A stretch of DNA of 64,000 bases from Macrostomum lignano. Taxonomy: Eukaryota. The translations under genes and the position numbers were made by a program. The stretch is from NCBI GenBank assembly GCA_002269645.1, contig NIVC01002094.1, positions 141,423 through 205,422 of the forward strand, given 5' to 3'. Of this stretch, positions 11,903 through 23,592 are shown piece after piece. Every line of letters begins with the position of its first letter. The stretch's first letter is position 1. The notes under the pieces are model-generated. The model was not told where the DNA came from. It worked only from the letters and a program-made list of their open reading frames with translations, and searched no databases.

Positions 11903-14900
11903 TCAGTGCCGACCAGAAGCGGCTGCAGACTGGCTGCTTCCGGTTTTGGTGCTATTTTTAGCAGCAAATTCGGCCATTCTCCGCTCCAGTTCCGGCCGGA
12001 AGTGCCGGATGAGGCCCTGGGCTGGCCAAGCGGCTCCGTCCCCAAGGGCGCAGATTGTGTGGCCTTCAATCTGCTTGGACACCTCCCACAGCAGGTCGAT
12101 CTCCTCCGGGCGGGCGTCCCCGGTGACAAAGCGATTGGTTAATCGCATCATCCAGCCGGTGCCCTCCCGGCAGGGTGTGCATTGGCCGCAGCTCTCGTGC
12201 TTGTAGAAGTCCATCAGGCGGGCGATGCATTTCACAACATCAGCCTGCTTGTTCATCACGATTAGGGCGGCTGTGCCTGCGGGGGGGGGCAGTTCACGTT
12301 GGTTAGGATTAGGGATAATTTTACAATGATGATTAGTGACGATTCTTAGGGTGGATTAGTGACGATTCTTAGGGTGGATTAGTGACGATTCTTAGGGTGG
12401 ATTAGTGACGATTCTTAGGTGGATTAGTGACGATTCTTAGGGTGGATTAGTGACGATTCTTAGGGTGGATTAGTGACGATTCTTATGGTGGATTAGTGAC
12501 GATTCTTATGGTGGATTAGTGACGATTCTTATAAGGGGTGGATTAGTGACGATTCTTATAAGGGGTGGATTAGTGACGATTCTTATAAAAGGCGGATTAA
12601 CAACAATCCCGAGAGGTGGATTAACGACAATCCTGAGAAGCGGATTAACGACAATCCTGAGTGGCGGATTAACGACAATCCTGAGGCGGATTGGCGACAA
12701 TCCTGAGAGGCGCCTCAAAGACGCACCAATGCACCGTGAACGTGAACTCACCCAGAGCAGTCTGAGCCTGAACCAGCGAGTCGAAGTCCATCAGCACAGT
12801 GTCGCACACATTCTTAGGAATCAGCGGAGTGGAGCTGCCGCCCGGGATCACGGCCAGCAGGTTGTCCCAGCCGCCAATGACGCCACCGGCGTGCCGCTCG
12901 ATCAGCTCCTTCATGGTGATGGACATCTCCTCCTCCACTGTGCAGGGATTGTTGACGTGCCCGGAGATGTTGAACAGTTTCGTGCCGCGATTGCGATCCC
13001 GACCGAAGCTGGCGAACCAGGCGCCCCCGCGTCGGCAGACGGTCGGCGCCGCGGCGATGGTCTCGACGTTGTTTACCGTGGTCGGACAGCCGAACACGCC
13101 GACATCGGCTGGAAACGGCGGCTTCAGACGCGGCTTGCCGGCTTTGCCTTCCAGAGATTCAATCAGCGAAGTCTCCTCGCCGCAGATGTAGGCGCCGGCG
13201 CCGCGGTGCACGTAGATGTCGTAGTCATAGCCGCTGCCGCAGGCGTTCTTGCCGAGGAAGCCGGCGTCGTAGGCTTCGTTGATGGCGGCCTGGGGAAAAG
13301 GTTGAGACGGAAGGGTTGATCACTCTATCAATTCGTCTATTGATCACTCTATCAATTCGTCTATTGATCACTCTATCAATTCGTCTATTGATCACTCTAT
13401 CAATTCGTCTATTGATCACTCTATCAATTCGTCTATTGATCACTCTATCAATTCGTCTATTGATCAATCTATCAATTCGTCTATTGATCACTCTATCAAT
13501 TCGTCTATTAATCACTCTATCAATTCGTCTATTGATCAATCTATCAATTCGTCTATTGATCACTCTATCAATTCATCTATTGATCAATCTATCAATTCGT
13601 CTATTGATCACTCTATCAATTCATCCATTCATCAATCTATCAATTCATCTATTGATCAATCTATCAATCAATTCGTCTATAAATCAATCTATCAATTCGT
13701 CTATTGATCACTTTATCAATTCATCCATTCATCAATCTATCAATTCATCTATTGATCAATCTATCAATCAATTCGTCTATAAATCAATCTATCAATTCGT
13801 CTATTGATCACTCCATCAATTCGTCTATTGATCAATCTATCAATTCGTCTATTAATAAATCTATCAATTCATCTATTTATCAATCTATCAATTCATCTAT
13901 TGATCAATCTATCAATTCATCTATTTATCACTCTATCAATTCGTCTATTGATCACTCTATCAATTCGTCTATTGATCACTCTATCAATTCGTCTATTGAT
14001 CAATCTATCAATTCGTCTATTGATCACTCTATCAATTCATCTATTGATCAATCTATCAATTCGTCTATTGATCACTCTATCAATTCGTCTATTGATCACT
14101 CTATCAATTCGTCTATTGATCACTCTATCAATTCGTCTATTGATCACTCTATCAATTCGTCTATTGATCACTCTATTAATTCGTCTATTGATCACTCTAT
14201 CAATTCGTCTATTGATCACTCTATCAATTCGTCTATTGATCACTCTATTAATTCGTTTATTGATCACTCTATCAATTCGTCTATTGATCACTCTATCAAT
14301 TCGTCTATTGATCAATCTATCAATTCGTCTATTGATCAATCTATCAATTCGTCTATTGATCACTCTATCAATTCGTCTATTGATCACTCTATCAATTCGT
14401 CTATTGATCACTCTATCAATTCGTCTATTGATCAATCTATCAATTCGTCTATGGATCACTCTATCAATTCGTCTATTGATCAATCTATCAATTCGTCTAT
14501 TGATCAATCTATCAATTCGTCTATTGATCACTCTATTAATTCGTCTATTGATCACTCTATCAATTCGTCTATTGATCACTCTATCAATTCGTCTATTGAT
14601 CACTCTATCAATTCGTCTATTGATCACTCTATCAATTCGTCTATTGATCACTCTATCAATTCGTCTATTGATCACTCTATCAATTCGTCTATTGATCACT
14701 CTATCAATTAGTCTATTGATCACTCTATCAATTCGTCTATTGATCACTCTATTAATTCGTCTATTGATCACTCTATCAATTCGTCTATTGATCAATCTAT
14801 CAATTCGTCTATTGATCAATCTATCAATTCGTCTATTGATCACTCTATCAATTCGTCTATTGATCAATCTATCAATTCGTCTATTGATCACTCTATTAAT

Positions 14901-16098
14901 TCGTCTATTGATCACTCTATCAATTCGTCTATTGATCACTCTATCAATTAGTCTATTGATCACTCTATCAATTCGTCTATTGATCAATCTATCAATTCGT
15001 CTATTGATCACTCTATCAATTCGTCTATTGATCACTCTATCAATTCGTCTATTGATCAATCTATCAATTCGTCTATTGATCAATCTATTAATTCGTCTAT
15101 TGATCACTCTATCAATTCGTCTATTGATCACTCTATCAATTCATCTATTGATCACTCTATCAATTCGTCTATTGATCAATCTATCAATTCGGCTATTGAT
15201 CAATCTATCAATCAATTCGTCTATTGATCAATCTATCAATTCGTCTATTGATAAATCTATCAATTCGTCTATTGATCACTCTATCAATCAATTCGTCTAT
15301 AAATCAATCTATCAATTCGTCTATTGATAAATCTATCAATTCGTCTATTGATAAATCTATCAATTCTTTAGTCGACTGATCAATCTATCAATTCTTTAGT
15401 CGATTGATCAATCTAGACTATCAATTCATCCATTCATCAATCTAACAATTCATCTAATGATCAATCTATCAATTCTCTAGTTGATTGATCAATCTATCAA
15501 TGTATCTATTGATCACTACTAATACAACGGAATCTGTTCCAATCAATTAATTAGTTAATAATCTCACCTGCAGAGTGCAGGCCTCCCTATAGAACTCGCC
15601 CCGAATGTAGATATAAGCCGCCCTGGCTCCCATAGCAACGCCGGAAACGAGGCAGCCCTCAACCAGAGTGTGCGGATCGTGCCGCATGATCTCCCGGTCT
15701 TTGCAGGTGCCAGGCTCTCCCTCATCAGCATTGACAACCAGATACCTGGGCCGGCCATCGTCCGGCTTGTGCATAAACGACCATTTCAAACCGGTTGGAA
15801 AGCCGGCTCCGCCCCGGCCGCGCATGCCGCTAACCTTCATCTCGTTAGTAATCCAGTCCCGGCCCTTCAGCACAATCTCTTTAGTCTTGTACCAGTGCCC
15901 GCGAGACATGGCCGCCTTCAGGCGCCAGTCGTGCCGACCGTACAGATTAGTGAAGATTCGATCCTCGTCTTTCAGCGGACCGAACACCGTCTTCTCTTGC
16001 TTTGGCGGCGGCGGAGGCGGTGCTGCCGCGCCTGCCGACAGCTGACGGAGAGGCAGGCGCATCAACGAAGATGAAGACGCTTGGAAGCTGCGAAGCAT
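11903..16098 (-). CDS. NDUFV1: NADH:ubiquinone oxidoreductase 51-kDa flavoprotein subunit, 3 exons, ~480 aa
   Basis: Exons 16098-15568, 13289-12752, 12276-11903 (GT-AG; total 1443 nt, in frame). Motifs [60 protein letters not shown]; N-terminal transit-peptide-like sequence. Confidence 0.97.
12325..12710. repeat. 23-27-bp minisatellite in NDUFV1 intron 2
   Basis: GATTAGTGACGATTCTTAGGGTG units grading into GGATTAACGACAATCCTGAG units. Confidence 0.9.
13315..15520. repeat. 24-bp minisatellite filling NDUFV1 intron 1 (~2.2 kb)
   Basis: Unit ATTGATCACTCTATCAATTCGTCT; explains the ITLSIRLL / INRRIDRV / SINSSIDH repeat ORFs. Confidence 0.96.
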
Positions 16099-16172
16099 AT
16101 TCTTGCTGTTGACTAAAGCACAATTTAACAATTAATTTCTTTTAAATATAGGCGATAACTCGCATAAATGAA

Positions 16173-16383
16173 GACATTGTCAGGGTGGCGATTCTCCATG
16201 GCATTGTCAGGTGGCGATTCTTAATGGCATTGTCAGGTGGCGATTCTTAATGGCATTGTCAGGGTGGGGATTTTCAATGACATTGTCAGGGTGGCGATTC
16301 TCAATGGCATTGTCAGGTGCCGATTCTTAATGGCATTGTCAGGGTGGCGATTCTCAATGGCATTGTCAGGGTGGCGATTCCTA
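16173..16383. repeat. Short 26-27-bp tandem array just upstream of the NDUFV1 start
   Basis: Unit GGCATTGTCAGG(G)TGGCGATTCT(C/T)AAT, about 8 copies. Confidence 0.88.
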
Positions 16384-17589
16384 AATATAGAGCTATTTAG
16401 AGACTGTTTTGGGGGCGATTTCACAAGCGGAGGTGTAAACAAATCTTCAATTAAAAAACAAAAGAAACACGGGAATTTCAAACAGATTAATAATGAAGGC
16501 TAAACTATAAAAGGTCAATAAGGTTGTAAATCATATCTTATCGCTTTTTTAGCATGAATACACAGCCAAAGGAATGAATTTACAGATTAGATCATATCGT
16601 ACAGAATTACAGGAATACAGTGAAATTTCCTACTAAAATATAAGCTAATATTAATTATTTTGATTTGAATTTAAACACGCCATAAAAGCCGGAGATATGG
16701 TATGCACTAAGCAAAGTAGATATTTAAAGGAGCTTCAAGTGCTACTACGAGATACCCCTAGCAACCTGAAAGTTGATTGAAAGACATTGTACTTTCGTTT
16801 TATGGATACTTAAACAGTAGAAATTCTGTAATATTTTACGTATAAAATTAAAAATAATCCTAATTTATTAGTTACACTACTTATAGTAGAAATATAAGAA
16901 AAATATTGGGTAATTAATAATAAAAACAATGCAAATACTTGATACTATCTACTAGTAGTAAAACTATTAGTTCAATGTTATTATATTTTTTACAATTTTT
17001 CAGCTGTAGACTTTTGCCTACATACCATACCTCCAGCGTTACTTCTTGACAAATCAGAATTAAAAATCGACAATAAAAATGGTAAATATAGTGAGTTAGG
17101 ACATTAAAGTCCAAGCAATTCAATCATATCGTAACAGCCTCATTTACGCATGTATATATTGGTAAGAAATACATCAATAAATATGTTTGTATATAATATA
17201 ATAAAACATGGTCAATAATAAAAATATGTAATTAATATTACATACAACGCAATCGGTCCAAGTGGAATGGAAGAGCTTAATTTAAAAAAGGAATTGAAGC
17301 ATTTTGGATTTGGTAAAAATTCGATGTAAAAAGGACAGAGCTTTTTTTATAATAACAAACTTGGTCGCGAATGAAACAACAGAAAAAACACGGTTTTACT
17401 GAATGAAACAGACAAATACTACTTGAAGTAGTGCTTTTTAGAGCCGCGTTGGAAAACACCGTTTCCAATGGTTTGTTAAAACGAAAACAAATTTAAAAAA
17501 CCAGTAAACTTAAAAACACAAAAAATGTTCCTGGAAGACACGTAAACACTGTAAAGGCTCATTCGCCTAAATATAACATCATAGTTGCC

Positions 17590-20500
17590 TCAGATCACTA
17601 AATAGTTGAGCATCTTCTGCGGATCCAAAGCCTCGTAGATGTAAAGTGGATCTCGATGACCGTTGCGTGATTTAACTGTAGCGCTGGCCCTGGCCAATTC
17701 GTCTTTGAATCTGGAAAAAAAATCGGAGTAATATTGTTTTCATCTACTGTAAGTAGAAATATAAGTAAAAAGCAACTATAAAAATTCCAGACAGAAAATT
17801 TTACTTTTAACATTGTTTTCATCTACTGTAAGTAGAAATATAAGTAAAAAGCAGCTATAAAAATTCCAGACAGAAAATTTTACTTTTAACATTGTTTTCA
17901 TCTACTGTAAGTAGAAATATAAGTAAAAAGAGGCGAAACTCTTACTCTTGCAGGATTTGCATCGAGGCCTGATCGTGGCTATATTGTAGCTCGTATTCGC
18001 CAAGCGGCTGTTCGCCTTTCTGTCGCTGGCAAAGACGGAACGATAGCACGGTGTCGATGAACTCGCGACGGCAGGGTAGCGATTGCAGACTGGCCTCAAG
18101 AGGCTGCTCTTCCTTTAGGTGGTAAAGCAGCATTGGAGTATTGAAGTATATGTTAGTTTAGTGGTAGTTCAGGAGTGATTGTAAGGGTAGTTCAGGGGTG
18201 ATTGTAAAGGTAGTTCAGGGTGATTGTAAGGGTAGTTCAGGGGTGATTGTAAGGGTAGTACAGGAGTGATCGTGGGGGTAGTTCAGGGGTGATTGTAAAG
18301 GTAGTTCAGGGGTGATTGTAAGGGTAGTTCAAGGGTGATTGTAAGGGTAGTTCAGGAGTGATCGTGGGGGTAGTTCAGGGGTGATTGTAAGGGTAGTTCA
18401 GGAGTGATCGTGGGGGTAGTTCAGGGGTGATTGTAAAGGTAGTTCAGGGTGATTGTAAGGGTAGTTCAGGGGTGATTGTAAGGGTAGTTCAGGAGTGATC
18501 GTGGGGGTAGTTCAGGGGTGATTGTAAAGGTAGTTCAGGGGTGATTGTAAGGGTAGTTCAGGGGTGATTGTAAGGGTAGTTCAGGGATGATTGTAAGTGT
18601 AGTTCAGGGGTGACTGTAAAGGTAGTTCAGGGTGATTGTAAGGGTAGTTCAGGAGTGATCGTGGGGGTAGTTCAGGGGTGATTGTAAGGGTAGTTCAGGA
18701 GTGATTGTAAGAATAGTTCAGGCGGATTTTGAGAGTAGTTCAGGAGTGATTGTAAGGGTAGTTCAGGAGTGATTGTAAGGGAAGTTCAGGGTTACAGCAA
18801 TACAGCAAGGGTAGTTCAGGGGTGATTGTATGGGTAGTTCAGGAGTGATTGTAAGGGTAGTTCAGGGATGATTGTAAGGGTAGTTCAGGGGTGATTGTAA
18901 GGGTAGTTCAGGGATGATTGTAAGGGTAGTTCAGGGGTGATTGTAAGGGTAGTTCAGGGATGATTGTAAGGGTAGTTCAGGAGTGATTGTAAGGGAAGCT
19001 CAGGGTTACAGCAATACAGCAAGGGTAGTTCAGGGGTGATTGTATGGGTAGTTCAGGAGTGATTGTAAGGGTAGTTCAGGGGTGATTGTATGGGTAGTTC
19101 AGGAGTGATTGTAAGGGTAGTTCAGGGATGATTGTAAGGGTAGTTCAGGGGTGATTGTAAGGGTAGTTCAGGGATGATTGTAAGGGTAGTTCAGGGGTGA
19201 TTGTAAGGGTAGTTCAGGGATGATTGTAAGGGTAGTTCAGGAGTGATTGTAAGGGAAGCTCAGGGTTACAGCAATACAGCAAGGGTAGTTCAGGGGTGAT
19301 TGTATGGGTAGTTCAGGAGTGATTGTAAGGGTAGTTCAGGAGTGATTGTAAGGGTAGTTCAGGAGTGATTGTATGGGTAGTTCAGGCGGATTTTAAGAGT
19401 AGTTCAGGGGCTATTATCTAGGACATTAGGTAAGGACAATTACTATATTATAGAGTTACAAATTCAGTGATTAGATTAATTGAAGATAGTTTCAACCCGA
19501 CTGTGATAGCAGATGATGAATGTATTGGGGAATTTCTAAAAACTCTCTAAGCATACTATAGCACATGTACAAACGCAAACCTGCGGATCCTGAGGCAGGC
19601 AGCCGTGCAGAGCCAGAGGATAGTTAGGCGGGAAGCCGTACTCATCGAACTGGGGCTGCCAGGCAGCAGAGCCGTGCACACAGATCATGTACATCAGATT
19701 AGTGAGCAGCGGGATCAGCTCGTCAACGTGCTGAATGCCGGATTTGCCAGGCAAGCCTTTCAATCCGAGGCCGCCCTTCTCCAACGGGTTGGTCATCTCC
19801 GCCCACCAGCCCTGCAGCTCGATGTCCTCCATCAGCTTGCGCTTCATCGCCTCCATGGGATTGGCGTAGTACAGACGGGCCGCCTTGTCGCAGTGGCCAG
19901 CGATGGCCTTGTAGATCAGCATGGCGTCCTCACTGCGGGAAGGGGAGTTCCGTGATGAGACTGATGATCTTGGGGGGAGGGGGGGCTGCCAAGCAACTGA
20001 ATATTTGGGAGGCTGGCTTAGCAACTGAGGATCTGGGAGGCTGGCCCAGCAACTGAATATTTGGGAGGCTGGCCCAGCAACTGAGGATCTGAGAGGCTGG
20101 CCCAGCAACTGAGGATCTGAGAGGCTGGCCCAGCAACTGGATATTTGGGAGGCTGGCCCAGCAACTGCGGATCTGGGAGGCTGGCAAAGCAACTGAATAT
20201 TTGGGAGGCTGGCCAAGCAACTGCGGATCTGGGAGGCTGGCCCAGCAACTGAGGATCTGGGAGGCTGGCAAAGCAACTGAATATTTGGGAGGCTGGCCCA
20301 GCAACTGAATATTTGGGAGGCTGGCTCAGCAACTGAATATTTGGGAGGCTGGCCCAGCAACTGCGGATCTGGGAGACTGGCCCAGCAACTGAAGATCTGG
20401 GAGGCTGGCCCAGCAACTGAGGATCTGGGAGGCTGGCCCAGCAACTGAGGATCTGGGAGGCTGGCCCAGCAACTGAGGATCTGGGAGACTGGCCCAGCAA

Positions 20501-23500
20501 CTGAGGATCTGAGAGGCTGGCCCAGCAACTGAGGATCTGAGAGGCTGGCCCAGCAACTGGATATTTGGGAGGCTGGCCCAGCAACTGCGGATCTGGTAGG
20601 CTGGTCCAGCAACTGAATATTTGGGAGGCTGGCCCAGCAACTGAGGATCTGGGAGGCGGGAACAACTATCAGTTACGATATTACAGGTTTGTCAACAAAA
20701 GTTATATGTTATAGCTAAAAAGTGAGCCTTGCACTCACCGATAAGGGTAACCGGGCAGCACATTTGAGTCGTACACGCCGCGGTTCTCCAGCTCTCTGTA
20801 GATGTTAATCTGCTGATCAAATCGCCAGGCTTTAAAAGCCTTCTTCAACAGCTGCCGGATGCCCTTCCTAGACAGCTGAATGTTCTGAGCAATCCAGCCG
20901 CTATCGCTGAAGAACCACTCCTTCAGCTTGGCATTGACAGCCAGCAGGTGACGGAAGTGCGGAGCTAGCATCTGGTAGAGCGGATGCGACTGCGACAGAT
21001 TCTTGCGCATAGTAACGTAGATACCCTCAAGGATGAGGTGATGCAGCAGGCGGTTAGCAACCAGGTGATAGCAGGCATCCGTGAGGTTAAACCATAGCTT
21101 AGCCTGCAGCCAGGCGTGAGGACTATCGCTAGGCATGATCGGCGCGCCCTCCTCCATGCGCTGGTTGAGCTGAATTGCCAGAGGAACCAGTTGCAATCGT
21201 TCGGTCCAGAAGAACAGAGCAATTGGAGAGCAGAACTGCCTGCCATTCTTGCACTCGACTCCCTCCATGATGCTGTAGTCAACTATAAACAGGCGCCTGG
21301 CGTCCAGGATGTGCTGCAGAGTCCAGCCTTCCAAATAGGGCTTCAACCATTCAACGGCTACGCCGAAATTCTCCGGGATAGATTTGCAGACTTTGATTAC
21401 GAACGGATTGCAGCCTTTGAGGCGTTGGGCACCGAACACGAGGTCGTGCTCAGGGCCGCTAGGATTGGCTGGCCAGCGCTGCACATACAGCGGCTCCGTT
21501 ATGCTGTGCGCACGGTAGTAAGTGGTCAGATCGTCAAAGCTGGTGAAGTGATCCACGCTGGCATAGTCCACGTCCAGGCCTTTGTTGTAGATGATCTCGT
21601 CCTTGGTCTTCTCGATGTTCCAGCGGGTGTCCTAGGAGAGATTTTGGGCGATTCTGTCAGGGTAAGATTCTGGGCGATTCTCTCAGGGTGAGATCCAGGG
21701 CGATTCTCTCACGGTGAGATCCAGGGCGATTCTCTCACGGTGAGATCCAGGGCGATTCTCTCACGGTGAGATCCAGGGCGATTCTCTCACGGTGAGATCC
21801 AGGGCGATTCTCTCACGGTGAGATCCAGGGCGATTCTCTCACGGTGAGATCCAGGGCGATTCTCTCAGGGTGAGATTATGGGCGATTCTTTCAGGGTGAG
21901 ATTATGGGCGATTCTCTCAGGGTGAGATCCAGGGCGATTCTCTTACGGTGAGATCCAGGGCGATTCTCTCAGGGTGAGACCCAGGGCGATTATGGGCGAT
22001 TATCTCAGGGTGAGATTATGGCAATTCTCTCAGGGTGAGATTAGTATGGGCGATTCTCTCAGGGTGAGATTAGTATGGGCGATTCTCTCAGGGTGAGACA
22101 ATGAGCGATTCACCTAAAATGAGATTAATGCGATATCTCAAGGTGAGATCATAGGCGATTTTTAAAGACATTCTATTCTCTGGGGTAGAAAATGAGCAGT
22201 TTCTCAGGAAAGTATAATTGCAATACGGGAATCTTACAAACTGAGAATATAAATAGGCATTTACACTAAATTAAACTGTTACCAACCTGGGAGAAAATTT
22301 CTTCGGCTGGCAAAGCCTGCAATTCCAGCGGCAGTCCGTTGGCACGCTGATAGAACAGGAGATTGTTTCTGCGCTCGGATATCTCAGCGATGCGCTCGTC
22401 CGGCATGGGGTCGGCGGAAGGCAGCGACACCTGTGGAGTGGTGCAGTGCATGCGTGCGTTTGAAATAATCAAGGGAGCTTTGAGCTTGAAGGGCGATTCT
22501 GAAGGGAGCTTTGAAGGGCGATTCTGAATGGAGATTCTGAAGGGAGCTCTGAAGGGCAATTCTGAAGGGAGCTCTGAAGGGCGATTCTGAAAGGAGCTTT
22601 GAAAGGCGATTCTGAAGGGAGCTTTGAAAGGCAATTCTGAAGGACGATTCTGAAGGACGATTCTGAAGGGAGCTCTGAAGGGCGATTCTGAAAGGAGCTT
22701 TGAAGGGCAATTCTGAAGGGAGCTCTGAAGGGCGATTCTGAAAGGAGCTTTGAAGGGCAATTCTGAAGGGAGCTCTGAAGGGCGATTCTGAAAGGAGCTT
22801 TGAAGGGCAATTCTGAAGGGAGCTCTGAAGGGCGATTCTGAAGGGAGCTCTGAAGGGCGATTCTGAAAGGAGCTTTGAAAGGCAATTCTGAAGGGAGCTC
22901 TGAAGGGCGATTCTGAAAGGAGCTTTGAAAGGCAATTCTGAAGGACGATTCTGAAAGGAGCTCTGAAGGGCGATTCTGAAGGGAGCTTTGAGAGGCAATT
23001 CTGAAGGACGATTCTGAAGGGAGCTCTGAAGGGCGATTCTGAAAGGAGCTTTGAAGGGCAATTCTGAAGGGAGCTCTGAAGGGCGATTCTGAAGGACGAT
23101 TCTGAAGGGAGCTCTGAATGGTAATTCTAAAGCCGATAAAACGACATGAAACCTGACAGTTGGAAATGCTTGCCGACTTACCTGACAGTCAAATGAATAG
23201 TAGTGCCTATCGGGATGAATCCATCTGTGCACAGGAAAGTACGAATAGAGCCACTTTCCGCCCAGGCCTTTGCGCCTGTCCCTAATGATAACTTTCTCGC
23301 AGAACCAATCGTAATTCACATATTCTACTCCAGGTTCCACTGAACGCCAGAATTCAATTTTTTGCACCTTGCCGAAACCCTTCTTGCACCAGCTGGCCAG
23401 CGGTATGGTGAATTTGTCCCTAATGCTGCCGTCCTCCTCTTGGAAGAAAGCGTTGCTCAGAGTGAAAGCTGGGGAGGCGTTACCATCTCGATCATACAGG

Positions 23501-23592
23501 TGCAGCGTGATGGTGGGGCCCTGTTCGGCCACTTTGTAGTCGCCAGTCACTGAGCAGATTTCGAAAGCAATTTTCGACGATTTGGCACCCAT
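17590..23592 (-). CDS. Animal-type lipoxygenase-family protein (PLAT/LH2 + LOX domain), 6 exons, ~695 aa, degenerate iron ligands
   Basis: Exons 23592-23182, 22430-22287, 21631-20739, 19932-19581, 18112-17946, 17710-17590 (2088 nt, frame-consistent). Motifs WFCEKVII..FPVHRWI (PLAT), PLAIQL, WLQAKLW, HPLYQMLAPHF, YPYREDA, PPNYP; ends DPQKMLNYLVI*. Confidence 0.9.
17735..17930. repeat. ~80-bp tandem duplication (~2.5 copies) in LOX intron 5
   Basis: TTGTTTTCATCTACTGTAAGTAGAAATATAAGTAAAAAG... starts three times. Confidence 0.85.
18160..19410. repeat. 23-bp minisatellite in LOX intron 4
   Basis: Unit GGGTAGTTCAGGGGTGATTGTAA. Confidence 0.95.
19985..20660. repeat. 28-bp minisatellite in LOX intron 3
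   Basis: Unit CAGCAACTGAGGATCTGGGAGGCTGGCC. Confidence 0.95.
21640..22165. repeat. 26-bp minisatellite in LOX intron 2
   Basis: Unit GGGCGATTCTCTCACGGTGAGATCCA. Confidence 0.93.
22488..23120. repeat. ~25-bp minisatellite in LOX intron 1
   Basis: Unit GAAGGGCGATTCTGAAGGGAGCTCT and variants. Confidence 0.93.

Noticed and set aside
12301-12480. TTAGGG motifs suggesting an interstitial telomere
   Set aside because: There is only one TTAGGG per 23-bp unit, not tandem telomeric repeats.
13225-15327. Long ORFs (up to 507 aa) on both strands
   Set aside because: They are stop-free translations of a 24-bp intronic repeat inside NDUFV1 intron 1.
17735-17930. Duplicated acceptor-like CTTACAG|TAG sites as alternative LOX exons
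   Set aside because: Using them gives an immediate stop; the downstream TTCCAG acceptor yields the proper C-terminus.
19930-23120. Repeat-rich ORFs 19536-20665 and 22266-23592 read as single proteins
   Set aside because: They are real LOX exons fused in silico with intronic minisatellite read-through; GT/AG boundaries give a coherent LOX.
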